Assembly (NCBI GenBank): GCA_036007245.1
Contig: DASYOY010000118.1
Span: 1 to 62,804 of the forward strand
DNA from: Actinomycetota bacterium
Lineage (GTDB): Bacteria; Actinomycetota; UBA4738; HRBIN12
Length of the DNA stretch: 62,804 nt
Direction of reading: 5' to 3'
The first letter of the stretch is position 1. Every line of letters starts with the position of its first letter. Positions 27,568-35,893 of the stretch are shown piece by piece. The notes beneath the pieces were generated by a model, which was given only the letters and a program-made list of their open reading frames with translations, was not told the origin of the DNA and searched no databases. A program made the translations under genes and the position numbers.

Positions 27568-28200
27568 ATGGACATCGTGAACCCGCAGGTCGAGGAGTAC
27601 ATGACGTCACTCCAGGCGCAGTACGACGAGCCGGTGTTGCTGGAGATGGAGCAGGAAGGACGCGAACGCGACTTCCCGATCGTCGGACGAAACGTCGGGG
27701 TGACGATCGAGGTGCTCGCCCGCTCGATCGGCGCGCGTCGGGTGATGGAGCTCGGCAGCGGCTTCGGATACAGCGCGTACTGGTTCGCGCGAGCGGTCGG
27801 TGCGGACGGCGAGGTGCATTGCACCGACGGCGACCCGGCCAACGCCGCGAAGGCCGAGGACTACCTGACGCGTGCCGGTCTTTGGGACCGGGTGACGTAT
27901 CACGTCGGCGATGCGGTCGAGCAGTTGGCGACCCTCGAAGGCAGCTTCGACGTCGTGTACGACGACATCGACAAGCACGGCTACCCGGACGCCTGGCGGG
28001 CCGGCCGCGAGCGGATCCGCGCCGGTGGCCTCTACATCTGTGACAACGTGCTGTGGTCCGGCCGCATCGTTGAGCCCGACCCCGACCGGAACACGAGCGC
28101 GATCCTGGAGCACAACCGGCTGATCGCCGAGGACGACCGATTCGTCAGCACCATCGTGCCGACCCGCGACGGCGTGTTCGTCGCTCTGCGCGTGGGATAG
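27568..28200 (+). CDS. class I SAM-dependent O-methyltransferase (caffeoyl-CoA OMT-like, family 3)
   Basis: 210 aa with VMELGSGFGYSAYWFA (motif I), DVVYDDIDKHGYP and GGLYICDNVLWSG. Confidence 0.85.
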   Translation: MDIVNPQVEEYMTSLQAQYDEPVLLEMEQEGRERDFPIVGRNVGVTIEVLARSIGARRVMELGSGFGYSAYWFARAVGADGEVHCTDGDPANAAKAEDYLTRAGLWDRVTYHVGDAVEQLATLEGSFDVVYDDIDKHGYPDAWRAGRERIRAGGLYICDNVLWSGRIVEPDPDRNTSAILEHNRLIAEDDRFVSTIVPTRDGVFVALRVG

Positions 28201-28330
28201 TCCGCCCGGCAGGGTGAAGGCCTGAGGTTGGCCGTCCCGCAGTAGACTCCGCGCGGCTCGGTGGACGTACCGGCCACCTTCCCCCAGCCTCCGGGCGATA
28301 GCCTGGAAGGGCGATCGCGACCGACGAGGA

Positions 28331-28744
28331 GTGACGCGCGTGGCAACGGTGCGGAAGAAGAGCAAGAGCGACTACGGCGGCATCTACAAGGGCCATCCGG
28401 GTCAATACTCCTGGATCCTGCACCGCATCACCGGCGTCGCGATCATCTTGTTCCTGTTCATGCACGTCGTCGACACCGCCTTGATCGGCTGGGGTCCTGA
28501 GGCGTACGACCGGGTTCTCCGCGCCTACCAGAACCCCCTGGTCCATCTGTTGGAACTCGGCCTGGTGATCGCCGTGCTGTACCACTCGATCAACGGCTTC
28601 AAGATCACGCTGATCGACTTCTTCCCGAAGCTCGTGAGCTACATCCGGGGCATCTCGCTCGCCGCAGCGATCGTGTTCGCGCTGGCGGCGATCCCGACCA
28701 CTGCGATCATGCTCAAGCAGACCTGGGACCTCTGGAAGGCCTAA
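28331..28744 (+). CDS. sdhC: succinate dehydrogenase cytochrome b subunit
   Basis: Three TM helices and HRITGVAIILFLFMHV heme-ligand histidines. It is the first gene of sdhCDAB. An in-frame GTG at 28340, 8 nt after GAGGAG, is a likely true start. Confidence 0.85.
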   Translation: MTRVATVRKKSKSDYGGIYKGHPGQYSWILHRITGVAIILFLFMHVVDTALIGWGPEAYDRVLRAYQNPLVHLLELGLVIAVLYHSINGFKITLIDFFPKLVSYIRGISLAAAIVFALAAIPTTAIMLKQTWDLWKA

Positions 28745-28746
28745 CG

Positions 28747-29190
28747 ATGGCGACCACGACCACGCCCCGACCTGTCCAGAACAACCCCGACCCTCGCGAC
28801 CGTCGACTCGGTCGCGAACGCCCCATCGGCGGTGGCGAGCTCTGGCTCTGGCTGTTCATGCGGATCAGCGGCCTGATCCTGATGGTGCTCGCCCTCGGCC
28901 ACCTGGTGGTCATGCACCTGATGGGCACCGGCGCGGAGCGCATCAACTTCGGGTTCGTCGCGGTCCGCTGGGCGAGCCCGTTCTGGCGCACGTGGGACTG
29001 GATGCTGCTGATGCTGGCGCTTGTCCACGGCATCAACGGCCTGCGGAACATCACGCTCGACTACGTGCAGCGCGCGGGTCTCCGCCTGACGATCAACATG
29101 CTGTCGTACGTGATCGGGTTCACCTTGATGGTGCTGGGCACGATCATCGTGGTGACGTTCGACCCCTCGAAGTGGCCGGGTGCCGTCTAG
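28747..29190 (+). CDS. sdhD: succinate dehydrogenase hydrophobic membrane anchor subunit
   Basis: 147 aa with three TM helices (LWLWLFMRISGLILMVLALGHLVVMH...), positioned between sdhC and sdhA. Confidence 0.8.
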   Translation: MATTTTPRPVQNNPDPRDRRLGRERPIGGGELWLWLFMRISGLILMVLALGHLVVMHLMGTGAERINFGFVAVRWASPFWRTWDWMLLMLALVHGINGLRNITLDYVQRAGLRLTINMLSYVIGFTLMVLGTIIVVTFDPSKWPGAV

Positions 29191-30930
29191 ATGACGACGA
29201 CTCACACGTACGACGCGCTCGTGGTCGGGGCCGGTGGCGCCGGGATGCGCGCGGCGATCGAGCTCTCCGACAAGGTCAAGACTGCGGTGATCTCCAAGCT
29301 CTACCCCACCCGGTCGCACACCGGTGCGGCGCAGGGCGGGGTGTGCGCGGCGCTCGGTAACACCGAAGAAGACCACCCCGAGTGGCACGCCTTCGACACG
29401 ATCAAAGGCGGCGACTACCTGGTCGACCAGCCCGCCGCGATGCTGATGACCGAGGAGGCCATCCAGGCGATCTACCAGCTGGAGCGCTGGGGCCTGCCGT
29501 TCAACCGGACGCCCGACGGACGGATCGATCAGCGGCGGTTCGGCGGCCACACCGCCGAGCACGGCGAGCGCCCGGTGCGACGTGCGTGTTATGCGGCCGA
29601 CCGCACGGGCCACATGATCCTGCAGACCCTTTACCAACAGTGCGTGAAGCGGAACGTCCGCTTCTTCAACGAGTTCTACTGCCTCGACCTGCTCCGCGAT
29701 GCGGACGGCACCACGGCCGGGGTCGTCGCCTACGAGCTCGCGACCGGCGAACTCCACGTGTTCCGGGCGAAGTCGATCGTGTTCGCCACCGGCGGCTACG
29801 GCCGGATGTTCCGTGTCACGTCGAACGCGCATGCGCTCACCGGCGACGGGCCGGCGGTCGTGTGGCGCCGCGGGATCCCGCTCGAAGACATGGAGATGTT
29901 CCAGTTCCATCCGACAGGTCTCGCGCGACTCGGCGTCTTGTTGTCGGAGGCGGCGCGCGGCGAGGGCGGGATCGTCCTGAACAAGGACGGCGAGCGCTTC
30001 ATGGAACGCTACGCGCCGACGATCAAGGACCTCGCGCCGCGCGACATGGTCAGCCGCGCGATCTACCAGGAGATCAAGGAGGGTCGCGGCGGCGGTCCCA
30101 ACAGCGACTGGGCATTCCTGGACATCTCGCACCTCGACCCGCGCATCATCGAGGAGAAGCTCCCCGACATCACGGAGTTCGCCCGGATCTACCTGAAGGT
30201 CGAGCCGACCAAGGAGCCGGTGCCGATCCAGCCCACCGCGCACTACGCGATGGGCGGCATCCCGACCGACACCGAGGGCCGCGTGGTCACCGGACCCGAC
30301 GAGGCGATCGTGCCGGGACTCTACGCGGCGGGCGAATGCGCATGTGTCAGCGTCCACGGAGCCAACCGCCTGGGGACGAACTCGCTGCTCGACCTCGTGG
30401 TGTTCGGCCGGCGCGCGGGCGACGACGCCGCGCGTCACGCGAAAGAAGCCGAGCTCGCGCCGCTGCCGGATACGCCCGACGCCCACGTCCTCGAGCAGCT
30501 GAACGGGATCCTCGGACGCACCAGCGGCGACAACGCCGCGGACATCCGCAAGGAGCTTCAGGACAACATGTTCGACCTGGCGTTCGTCGTGCGGTCCGAG
30601 GAAGGGCTCGGCAAGATGGAGTCGATCCTCGGCGGGCTGCGCGAGCGATATGACCGGGTCGCGATCACCGACAAGAGCGCGTTGTACAACACCGACCTGA
30701 TGGAGACCGTCGAGCTCGGCTACCTACTCGATTGCGCCGAGGCGCTGGTCAGCAGCGCCCGCGCACGGACCGAGAGCCGGGGCGGGCACTATCGCGAGGA
30801 TCATCCGCTGCGCGACGACGCGAACTGGCTGAAGCACTCGCTCGCCTATCGCAACGACGACGGCACGATCCGCTTGGAGTACAAGCCCGTGAAGATGGGC
30901 CCCTACATCCCCATGGAGAGGAAGTACTGA
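29191..30930 (+). CDS. sdhA: succinate dehydrogenase flavoprotein subunit
   Basis: 579 aa with YDALVVGAGGAGMRAA, TRSHTGAAQGG (FAD-linked His), HPTG, RGEGG and GANRLG.NSLLDLVVFG. Confidence 0.95.
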   Translation: MTTTHTYDALVVGAGGAGMRAAIELSDKVKTAVISKLYPTRSHTGAAQGGVCAALGNTEEDHPEWHAFDTIKGGDYLVDQPAAMLMTEEAIQAIYQLERWGLPFNRTPDGRIDQRRFGGHTAEHGERPVRRACYAADRTGHMILQTLYQQCVKRNVRFFNEFYCLDLLRDADGTTAGVVAYELATGELHVFRAKSIVFATGGYGRMFRVTSNAHALTGDGPAVVWRRGIPLEDMEMFQFHPTGLARLGVLLSEAARGEGGIVLNKDGERFMERYAPTIKDLAPRDMVSRAIYQEIKEGRGGGPNSDWAFLDISHLDPRIIEEKLPDITEFARIYLKVEPTKEPVPIQPTAHYAMGGIPTDTEGRVVTGPDEAIVPGLYAAGECACVSVHGANRLGTNSLLDLVVFGRRAGDDAARHAKEAELAPLPDTPDAHVLEQLNGILGRTSGDNAADIRKELQDNMFDLAFVVRSEEGLGKMESILGGLRERYDRVAITDKSALYNTDLMETVELGYLLDCAEALVSSARARTESRGGHYREDHPLRDDANWLKHSLAYRNDDGTIRLEYKPVKMGPYIPMERKY

Positions 30931-31694
30931 TGGCGACGGCGGCCGAGGCGCTCAACGCCTCCGACGACCAACGGGTGGGGAACAAGCCCGGCACGATGAC
31001 GCTCACCGTCCGGGTGCGCCGGTTCAACCCCGAGGTGTCCCAGGACTCGTGGTGGGACGAATGGACCGTCACCTGCGAGCCACTCGAGCGGCTGGTCGAG
31101 GTCCTGCACCAGATCAAGTGGCACCACGACGGCACGCTGAGCTTCCGGCGGTCGTGTGCCCACGGCATCTGCGGCTCCGACGCGATGCTGATCAACGGGC
31201 GCAACCAGCTCGCGTGCAAGGTCCTAGCCGAAGACGTCGGCCCAAAGGTCACGATCGAGCCCATCCGCGGCCTCGCGGTGCTCAAGGACCTGATCGTCGA
31301 CATGGACCCGTTCATGGACGAGTACCGCGGCGTGCTCCCCTTCCTGATCAACGACTCGGGCGAGCCCGACAAGGAGCGGCGCCAGTCACAGGAAGACCGG
31401 CACCGCTACGACGACACGACGAAGTGCATCCTGTGCGCCTGCTGCACGACCTCGTGCCCCGTGTTCTGGGGCGACGGCGGTTACGTCGGCCCCGCGGCCA
31501 TCGTGAACGCGCATCGGTTCATCTTCGACTCGCGCGACGAGGCCGGCCGCGAGCGGATGAAGATCCTGTCGGAGAAGACCGGCGTGTTCCGCTGCCGCAC
31601 GACCTTCAACTGCACCGACGCGTGCCCACGCGGGATCCAAGTGACGAAGGCGATCCAGGAAGTGAAGCGCGCGATCTTGTTCGAGCGGTTCTAG
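30930..31694 (+). CDS. sdhB: succinate dehydrogenase iron-sulfur subunit
   Basis: ATG 30930 overlaps the sdhA TGA. Cys clusters are SCAHGICGSDAMLINGRNQLAC, CILCACCTTSCP and CRTTFNCTDACP. Confidence 0.95.
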   Translation: MATAAEALNASDDQRVGNKPGTMTLTVRVRRFNPEVSQDSWWDEWTVTCEPLERLVEVLHQIKWHHDGTLSFRRSCAHGICGSDAMLINGRNQLACKVLAEDVGPKVTIEPIRGLAVLKDLIVDMDPFMDEYRGVLPFLINDSGEPDKERRQSQEDRHRYDDTTKCILCACCTTSCPVFWGDGGYVGPAAIVNAHRFIFDSRDEAGRERMKILSEKTGVFRCRTTFNCTDACPRGIQVTKAIQEVKRAILFERF

Positions 31695-31831
31695 GAACGT
31701 TCGCCTCGGCGTCGACCGCGCGCCACCTCGGCACTTGACGCGTTGCGACCGGCGGGCATACAAGAGAGGTCTCCCATGGCCGGGAGCCCTCTTCCCTTCA
31801 CGAAGAGGCCGAAGCGAGCACGGGTTGTTGC

Positions 31832-32725
31832 ATGAAGACGGAGACGCGTCATATCGCGTCCGCCGCGTTCGATTGCACGCTGTGCGGCGCCCGCCTGGAC
31901 GCCGAGCACGTGGATGTCGCAGCGGACGGTGCCCATTGCACGTTCTGCGGTGCGACGCAACGAGAGGCCACCCAGCTCGATCCCGGCGTATCGCTCGATG
32001 TCGGCGGCACCCTGCACGACGCTCGGCTCACCCGCGGCGAAACGCTCGAGCAGGCCTCGCACTTCACCCACATCCAGATCCCGTATCTACGGGCGCTCGA
32101 GCACGACCAGGCCTCGGCGTTCGATCCGTTCCCGGGCATGACATACGCGCGGTATTTCCTTCGCGACTACGCAGAGCACCTCGGGATCGATCCGCAGCCG
32201 TTGGTGCGTCGGTTCGATCGCGAGGTCACGGTTCCGCCGGTGTTGCCGGCACGGTTGCCGCTGCGATCACGACGAACGCATACCGGCCGCTGGGCGGTCG
32301 GCGGGATGGTGGTCCTGATCGCGCTGCTGGTCGCGAGCGCCGCGTGGTCGAGGGGCTATCTGCGGGCCACCCCGGCTGTGCCGTCGGCCCCGGCCGCGGT
32401 CCCCAGGACGCCGCACGCCGCAGCGTTCATCCCGCTGGTCGAGCCGAAGCCGGTGCCCACAGCAACGCGGATCGTGGCGGTCGTGCGGACGACCGGCCGG
32501 CCCTCGTGGGTCCAGGCGATGGTGAACGGCAGAACCGTGCACGAGAAGACCGTCTTGCCCGGCATCGTGCTCCGGTACAGCGCCACGCGGACGTTCGAGC
32601 TCCGGCTCGGCGATGCGGGGGCGGTGGTGCTGACGGTCAACGGGAAGAAGGTCCCGACCGGTGGATCCGGCGCGGTCGCCGATCTGTCGTTCGCCATGCG
32701 GGATGGTCGGGTGGTACGCATCTAG
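31832..32725 (+). CDS. RodZ-like protein (zinc-ribbon + HTH_25 + TM + DUF4115)
   Basis: N-terminal CTLCG...CTFCG, then LHDARLTRGETLEQASHFTHIQIPYLRALEHDQ..FPG..YARYFLRDYAEHLGIDP. One TM helix follows, and the C-terminal part reads SWVQAMVNGRTVHEKTVLPG....F.....LRLGDAGAVVLTVNG. Confidence 0.75.
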   Translation: MKTETRHIASAAFDCTLCGARLDAEHVDVAADGAHCTFCGATQREATQLDPGVSLDVGGTLHDARLTRGETLEQASHFTHIQIPYLRALEHDQASAFDPFPGMTYARYFLRDYAEHLGIDPQPLVRRFDREVTVPPVLPARLPLRSRRTHTGRWAVGGMVVLIALLVASAAWSRGYLRATPAVPSAPAAVPRTPHAAAFIPLVEPKPVPTATRIVAVVRTTGRPSWVQAMVNGRTVHEKTVLPGIVLRYSATRTFELRLGDAGAVVLTVNGKKVPTGGSGAVADLSFAMRDGRVVRI

Positions 32726-32740
32726 CGCAGGAACGCCGTT

Positions 32741-33214
32741 CTACGGAGACGCCGAGCACCCCACCACACCGACCCCCCGGTATGGCTGCCAGGTGCCGTG
32801 TTGGCGCTTGAAGTCCAGTTCCGTCCAGCCGTAGCAGCCGTACTTCCCGGGGTCTCGCCACGCGAACTGCGCGTCGACGGGATCCGAGCGGAAACCCACC
32901 GGCGCGAACACCCAGAACTGATCCCCGTGCGGGTCTCGATGCGAGACCCACGTGATCCGCTGGCTGATCGCCGCCTCGAGCGCGACCTGCAACCGAGGTT
33001 TGATGGGGCTACAGCGACGCTCGTGCGTTGGGTTCTGGCACAGCTGGTTGAGGACCTGGACCGAGTGCCCACTCGTGCTCGCCGTCGGGGTCACGAGGGC
33101 GAGCATCGCGGCCTGCGTGTCGGGGCCGCGACCGTGCAGCCCCGAGGCGGCGAACGCCGGAGACGCGAGCAGTCCGACGGCGAGTGCGGCGGCGAGGATC
33201 GAACGCTTGCGCAC
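32741..33214 (-). CDS. secreted hypothetical protein
   Basis: Counted from GTG 33214: VRKRSILAAALAVGLLASPAFA|ASG.., a 157-aa Trp/Cys-containing globular body. The rest of track ORF 32741..33679 is antisense to the IDH gene and was rejected. Confidence 0.6.
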   Translation of the reverse strand: MRKRSILAAALAVGLLASPAFAASGLHGRGPDTQAAMLALVTPTASTSGHSVQVLNQLCQNPTHERRCSPIKPRLQVALEAAISQRITWVSHRDPHGDQFWVFAPVGFRSDPVDAQFAWRDPGKYGCYGWTELDFKRQHGTWQPYRGVGVVGCSASP

Positions 33215-33304
33215 GCCGCAACGATGGCACGTCCAGCAGAAAGGCAACAACCGTCGTTCGGTCCCGACCTGAGGACCGTTGTCGGGCGGCGACCGGCGGA
33301 CGGC

Positions 33305-33310
33305 TACCCT
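33305..33310 (+). promoter_or_regulatory. -10-like TACCCT, leaderless-type (IDH paralog 1)
   Basis: TACCCT-gcaggcc-ATG 33318 (7-nt spacer). Confidence 0.3.
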
Positions 33311-33317
33311 GCAGGCC

Positions 33318-34403
33318 ATGGCGAAGCACCGCGTCACGCTGATCCCCGGCGACGGCATCGGCCCCGAGGTCGCCGAGGCGAGCCGTCTCGTGCTCGACGC
33401 CGCGGACGTCGGGATCGAGTGGATCGAGATGCCGGCCGGCGCGGGCGCCCTCGGCACCCATGGCGCGCTCTTGCCCGACGAGACCGTCGACGCCATCCGA
33501 ACGTGCCGCGTCGCCATCAAGGGTCCGATCACGACGCCGGTCGGGACGGGCTTCCGGAGCGTCAACGTCGCGCTCCGTCTGGGCCTCGACCTGTTCGCCG
33601 CGGTCAGACCCGCTCGCTCGCTGCCGGGCGTTCCCACCCGGCACGCCGACGTCGACCTGGTGATCGTCCGCGAGAACACCGAGGACCTCTACCAGGGGAT
33701 CGAGTTCGAACGCGGCTCGGAAGACACGGCGGCGCTCAAGCGACAGCTCCACGACGTCGGCGGACTCGAGCTGCTCGACGACGCCGGCATCACGCTGAAG
33801 CCCATCAGCGTGACCGGCGCGCATCGGATCGTTCGGTTCGCGTTCGAGTACGCGCGTTCACACCGCCGCAAACGCGTCACGGTCGGCCACAAAGCGAACG
33901 TGATGCGCTACTCCGATGGGATCTTCCTCGACGCCGCGATCGAGGACGCGAAGACCTACCCCGACATCGACTGGGACGAGATCCAGATCGACCATCTGTC
34001 GTCGCGGCTCGCGCGCACGCCCGAGGACTTCGACGTGCTGCTGTTGCCGAACCTCTACGGCGACATCATCTCGGACCTCTGCGCGGGGTTGGTCGGCGGT
34101 CTCGGGCTGATCCCCGGCGCGAACATCGGGTGGGAGTACGCGGTCTTCGAGGCCGTGCACGGTAGCGCGCCGGACATCGCCGGCAAGGGCGTCGCCAACC
34201 CCGTCGCGATGATCCTGTCGGGCGCGATGCTGCTCCGTCATATCGGCGAGATCGAGGCCGCCGAGAACGTCGAGTGGGGCGTCGACGAGACCCTCCGCAA
34301 GCAAGAGGTCAGGACGCCCGACCTGGGCGGGACCGCCAACACGATGCAGTTCGCCGAGGCCATCGCGGCCGAAGCCGTCGCCTGGGAGCACGGCCCGAGC
34401 TGA
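33318..34403 (+). CDS. isocitrate dehydrogenase, NAD-IDH-like small type (canonical paralog)
   Basis: MAKHRVTLIPGDGIGPEV, FRSVNVALR, VRENTEDLYQGIE, GHKANVM, NLYGDIISDLCAGLVGGLG and HGSAPDIAGKGVANP. RENTE-Y distinguishes the IDH/HICDH branch from IPMDH (RELTGG) as I recall it. Confidence 0.85.
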   Translation: MAKHRVTLIPGDGIGPEVAEASRLVLDAADVGIEWIEMPAGAGALGTHGALLPDETVDAIRTCRVAIKGPITTPVGTGFRSVNVALRLGLDLFAAVRPARSLPGVPTRHADVDLVIVRENTEDLYQGIEFERGSEDTAALKRQLHDVGGLELLDDAGITLKPISVTGAHRIVRFAFEYARSHRRKRVTVGHKANVMRYSDGIFLDAAIEDAKTYPDIDWDEIQIDHLSSRLARTPEDFDVLLLPNLYGDIISDLCAGLVGGLGLIPGANIGWEYAVFEAVHGSAPDIAGKGVANPVAMILSGAMLLRHIGEIEAAENVEWGVDETLRKQEVRTPDLGGTANTMQFAEAIAAEAVAWEHGPS

Positions 34404-34413
34404 TCGGGAAGCG

Positions 34414-34890
34414 TTACGGGGGCGCGAGCCCCGGGATCGACGCGAGCTGCGACGCGATCAGCTCGCGGTCCTCCTTGTCCTCGAGCGTGGCGAGCACCCG
34501 CCGCGCCTCCGCCGCGTAGCGGTCACGCCCGTGGTCGTCGTCGACCGCGGCAGACGCGCGCGCCATGCCCTCGAGCATCGACGCGAGCCGCCAGTCGGTC
34601 CACCCGTTCGCGCGGCAGATGTCCAGCGCCACGGTCGCGTACCGGTGCGCGAGCTCGCCCAGGTCCTCGAGGCTCGCGACGTGGGCGATCAGCCAGTCCC
34701 CCACCATCGCCTCTTCGTCGCCGCCGACCCAGCCCCAGTGGTAGCGAGACGTGAACGCGAGCGCGAGCAGCTCTCGGTCTTGTTCGGGGGTTCGGACGCC
34801 GAGCTCGATCAGCTCCCACGCGCGGTTGAATGCGTCGACCGCGACCTGCCGGTGCCACCCGGCCTGACCGTCGATCGGCTCTTCAGCCAC
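34414..34890 (-). CDS. conserved hypothetical protein (all-helical, 158 aa)
   Basis: GTG 34890 is preceded by GAGGAGGA. The product reads VAEEPIDGQAGWHRQVAVDAFNRAWELIE...SRYHWGWVG...EDRELIASQL. The upstream part of track ORF 34414..35559 was rejected. Confidence 0.7.
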   Translation of the reverse strand: MAEEPIDGQAGWHRQVAVDAFNRAWELIELGVRTPEQDRELLALAFTSRYHWGWVGGDEEAMVGDWLIAHVASLEDLGELAHRYATVALDICRANGWTDWRLASMLEGMARASAAVDDDHGRDRYAAEARRVLATLEDKEDRELIASQLASIPGLAPP

Positions 34891-34941
34891 CGTGGTCCTC
34901 CTCGCCGTGCTCGTGATGCTCGCCGTTGTGGTGGTGTTCGC

Positions 34942-34963
34942 CGGGTCCTCGACCGAGGTCCCA
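34942..34963 (-). promoter_or_regulatory. SECIS-like hairpin 12-13 nt downstream of in-frame UGA
   Basis: The mRNA can fold as U-GGG-A-CCUC[GGUC]GAGG-A-CCC-G. This gives 4+4 Watson-Crick pairs plus a closing G.U pair, one A.A mismatch, and a GGUC tetraloop (34954..34951). Confidence 0.3.
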
Positions 34964-34975
34964 CTCGGGGGTGCG

Positions 34976-35143
34976 TCAACAGCCGGGTTCTCCGTGATGG
35001 CCACAACAGCCGCGGTTGAACAGACCGATCGCCCGGTTCTTGATCGTGAGCCCAACCTTCTGCGCAACGGTGTAGTTCGGGTTCCGCCAGTTGGTGAAGA
35101 ACATCGCCACGTGCTCTCGGAGCTCGTCGCGGAAGGCGGCCAT
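34976..35143 (-). CDS. small Cys-rich protein (55 aa to first TGA; possibly 86 aa to 34883 if TGA is recoded)
   Basis: Below the ORF-track cutoff; hand translation gives MAAFRDELREHVAMFFTNWRNPNYTVAQKVGLTIKNRAIGLFNRGCCGHHGEPGC*. 45 of 55 codons end in G/C, whereas the antisense frame here has many A/T-ending codons. TACGAT lies 6 nt upstream of the ATG. Confidence 0.5.
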   Translation of the reverse strand: MAAFRDELREHVAMFFTNWRNPNYTVAQKVGLTIKNRAIGLFNRGCCGHHGEPGC

Positions 35144-35149
35144 CCAGGA

Positions 35150-35155
35150 ATCGTA
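35150..35155 (-). promoter_or_regulatory. -10-like TACGAT, leaderless-type (small Cys-rich ORF)
   Basis: The minus strand reads TACGAT-tcctgg-ATG 35143 (6-nt spacer). Confidence 0.3.
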
Positions 35156-35203
35156 CGCCGACCGTGCTTTGTCGTCGCCAGGGCGGGTGCGAGACTGCCT
35201 CGG

Positions 35204-35893
35204 ATGGAACCTCCCGGCGGCATGGAAGCCGAGCCCCGCATGGACGCGTCCGCCCCGTCTCCCCTCCGGCTGGCGGGGTTCGGACTCACCGCGCTCGGAG
35301 CGCTGGTGATCGGTGTCGGTGTGGTCCTCACGTGGGTGAGCGTGGGGCTCTCGAGCTCACAAGGGAACGTCCCGACCCAGGGCATCGATACGACCCAAGG
35401 CAAGATCGCGCTGGGGTGCGCCATCGTGACGCTGATCCTCATCATCGTCAGCAGGATCACATCCGACGCCGCGCGCGCCGTGCTTGCCGGTGTGGTCGTC
35501 GCGTTGGGAGCGTTCGCGACGGGCGCCGCGGCGATGTTCATCCGATCAGCACCGACCAACTACAACCCGGCCAACGACCCTGCGATCGTCGCACAACTCG
35601 CTACGCTGTTCGGGCAGACGCCCGATCAGATCAGAGCGGCACTCTCCGCGGAGGTCGTCACCGTCGGCCCTGGTGCGTGGATCGTGATGGTGGGTGGCCT
35701 GATGGTCATCGTGGGCGGCGTGCTGACGGTTCGTTGGGCTGCGCGCCTCAGCGCCGACCGCGCCGCATCGGAGGAAGACGCCATCGATGAGGCGGACGAG
35801 TATGCGGAACCGCCCCACGACGGCGACCCGACGGACGACCCGATGCCGGCGATGCCGGATGCGCAGGACGGCGACGAAACGTCGTTCGACTGA
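35204..35893 (+). CDS. integral membrane protein with acidic C-terminal tail
   Basis: Four TM helices (LRLAGFGLTALGALVIGVGVVLTWV, etc.) and the tail EEDAIDEADEYAEPPHDGDPTDDPMPAMPDAQDGDETSFD. Possible starts are ATG 35204, 35222 or 35240. The track ORF's N-terminal 104 aa were rejected. Confidence 0.7.
   Translation: MEPPGGMEAEPRMDASAPSPLRLAGFGLTALGALVIGVGVVLTWVSVGLSSSQGNVPTQGIDTTQGKIALGCAIVTLILIIVSRITSDAARAVLAGVVVALGAFATGAAAMFIRSAPTNYNPANDPAIVAQLATLFGQTPDQIRAALSAEVVTVGPGAWIVMVGGLMVIVGGVLTVRWAARLSADRAASEEDAIDEADEYAEPPHDGDPTDDPMPAMPDAQDGDETSFD

Noticed and set aside
28741-30486. 581-aa minus-strand ORF. The similar cases 58278..60023, 49358..51169, 22002..23741, 38607..39683, 26099..27580 and 17401..18654 fall in the same category.
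   Set aside because: All are mirror frames of well-supported genes (sdhA, MFS transporter, S55-like peptidase, accA, citrate synthase, mutase, cyclase). They are GC-driven artefacts.
34892-35203. N-terminal 104 aa of track ORF 34892..35893, beginning with the hydrophobic MVLLAVLVMLAVVVVFAG
   Set aside because: The middle of this stretch has many A/T-ending codons on the plus strand. The minus strand there encodes a protein-like 55-aa ORF. The hydrophobic start is simply the antisense of the His-rich CAC/GAG codons. The membrane protein is therefore started at ATG 35204 or later.
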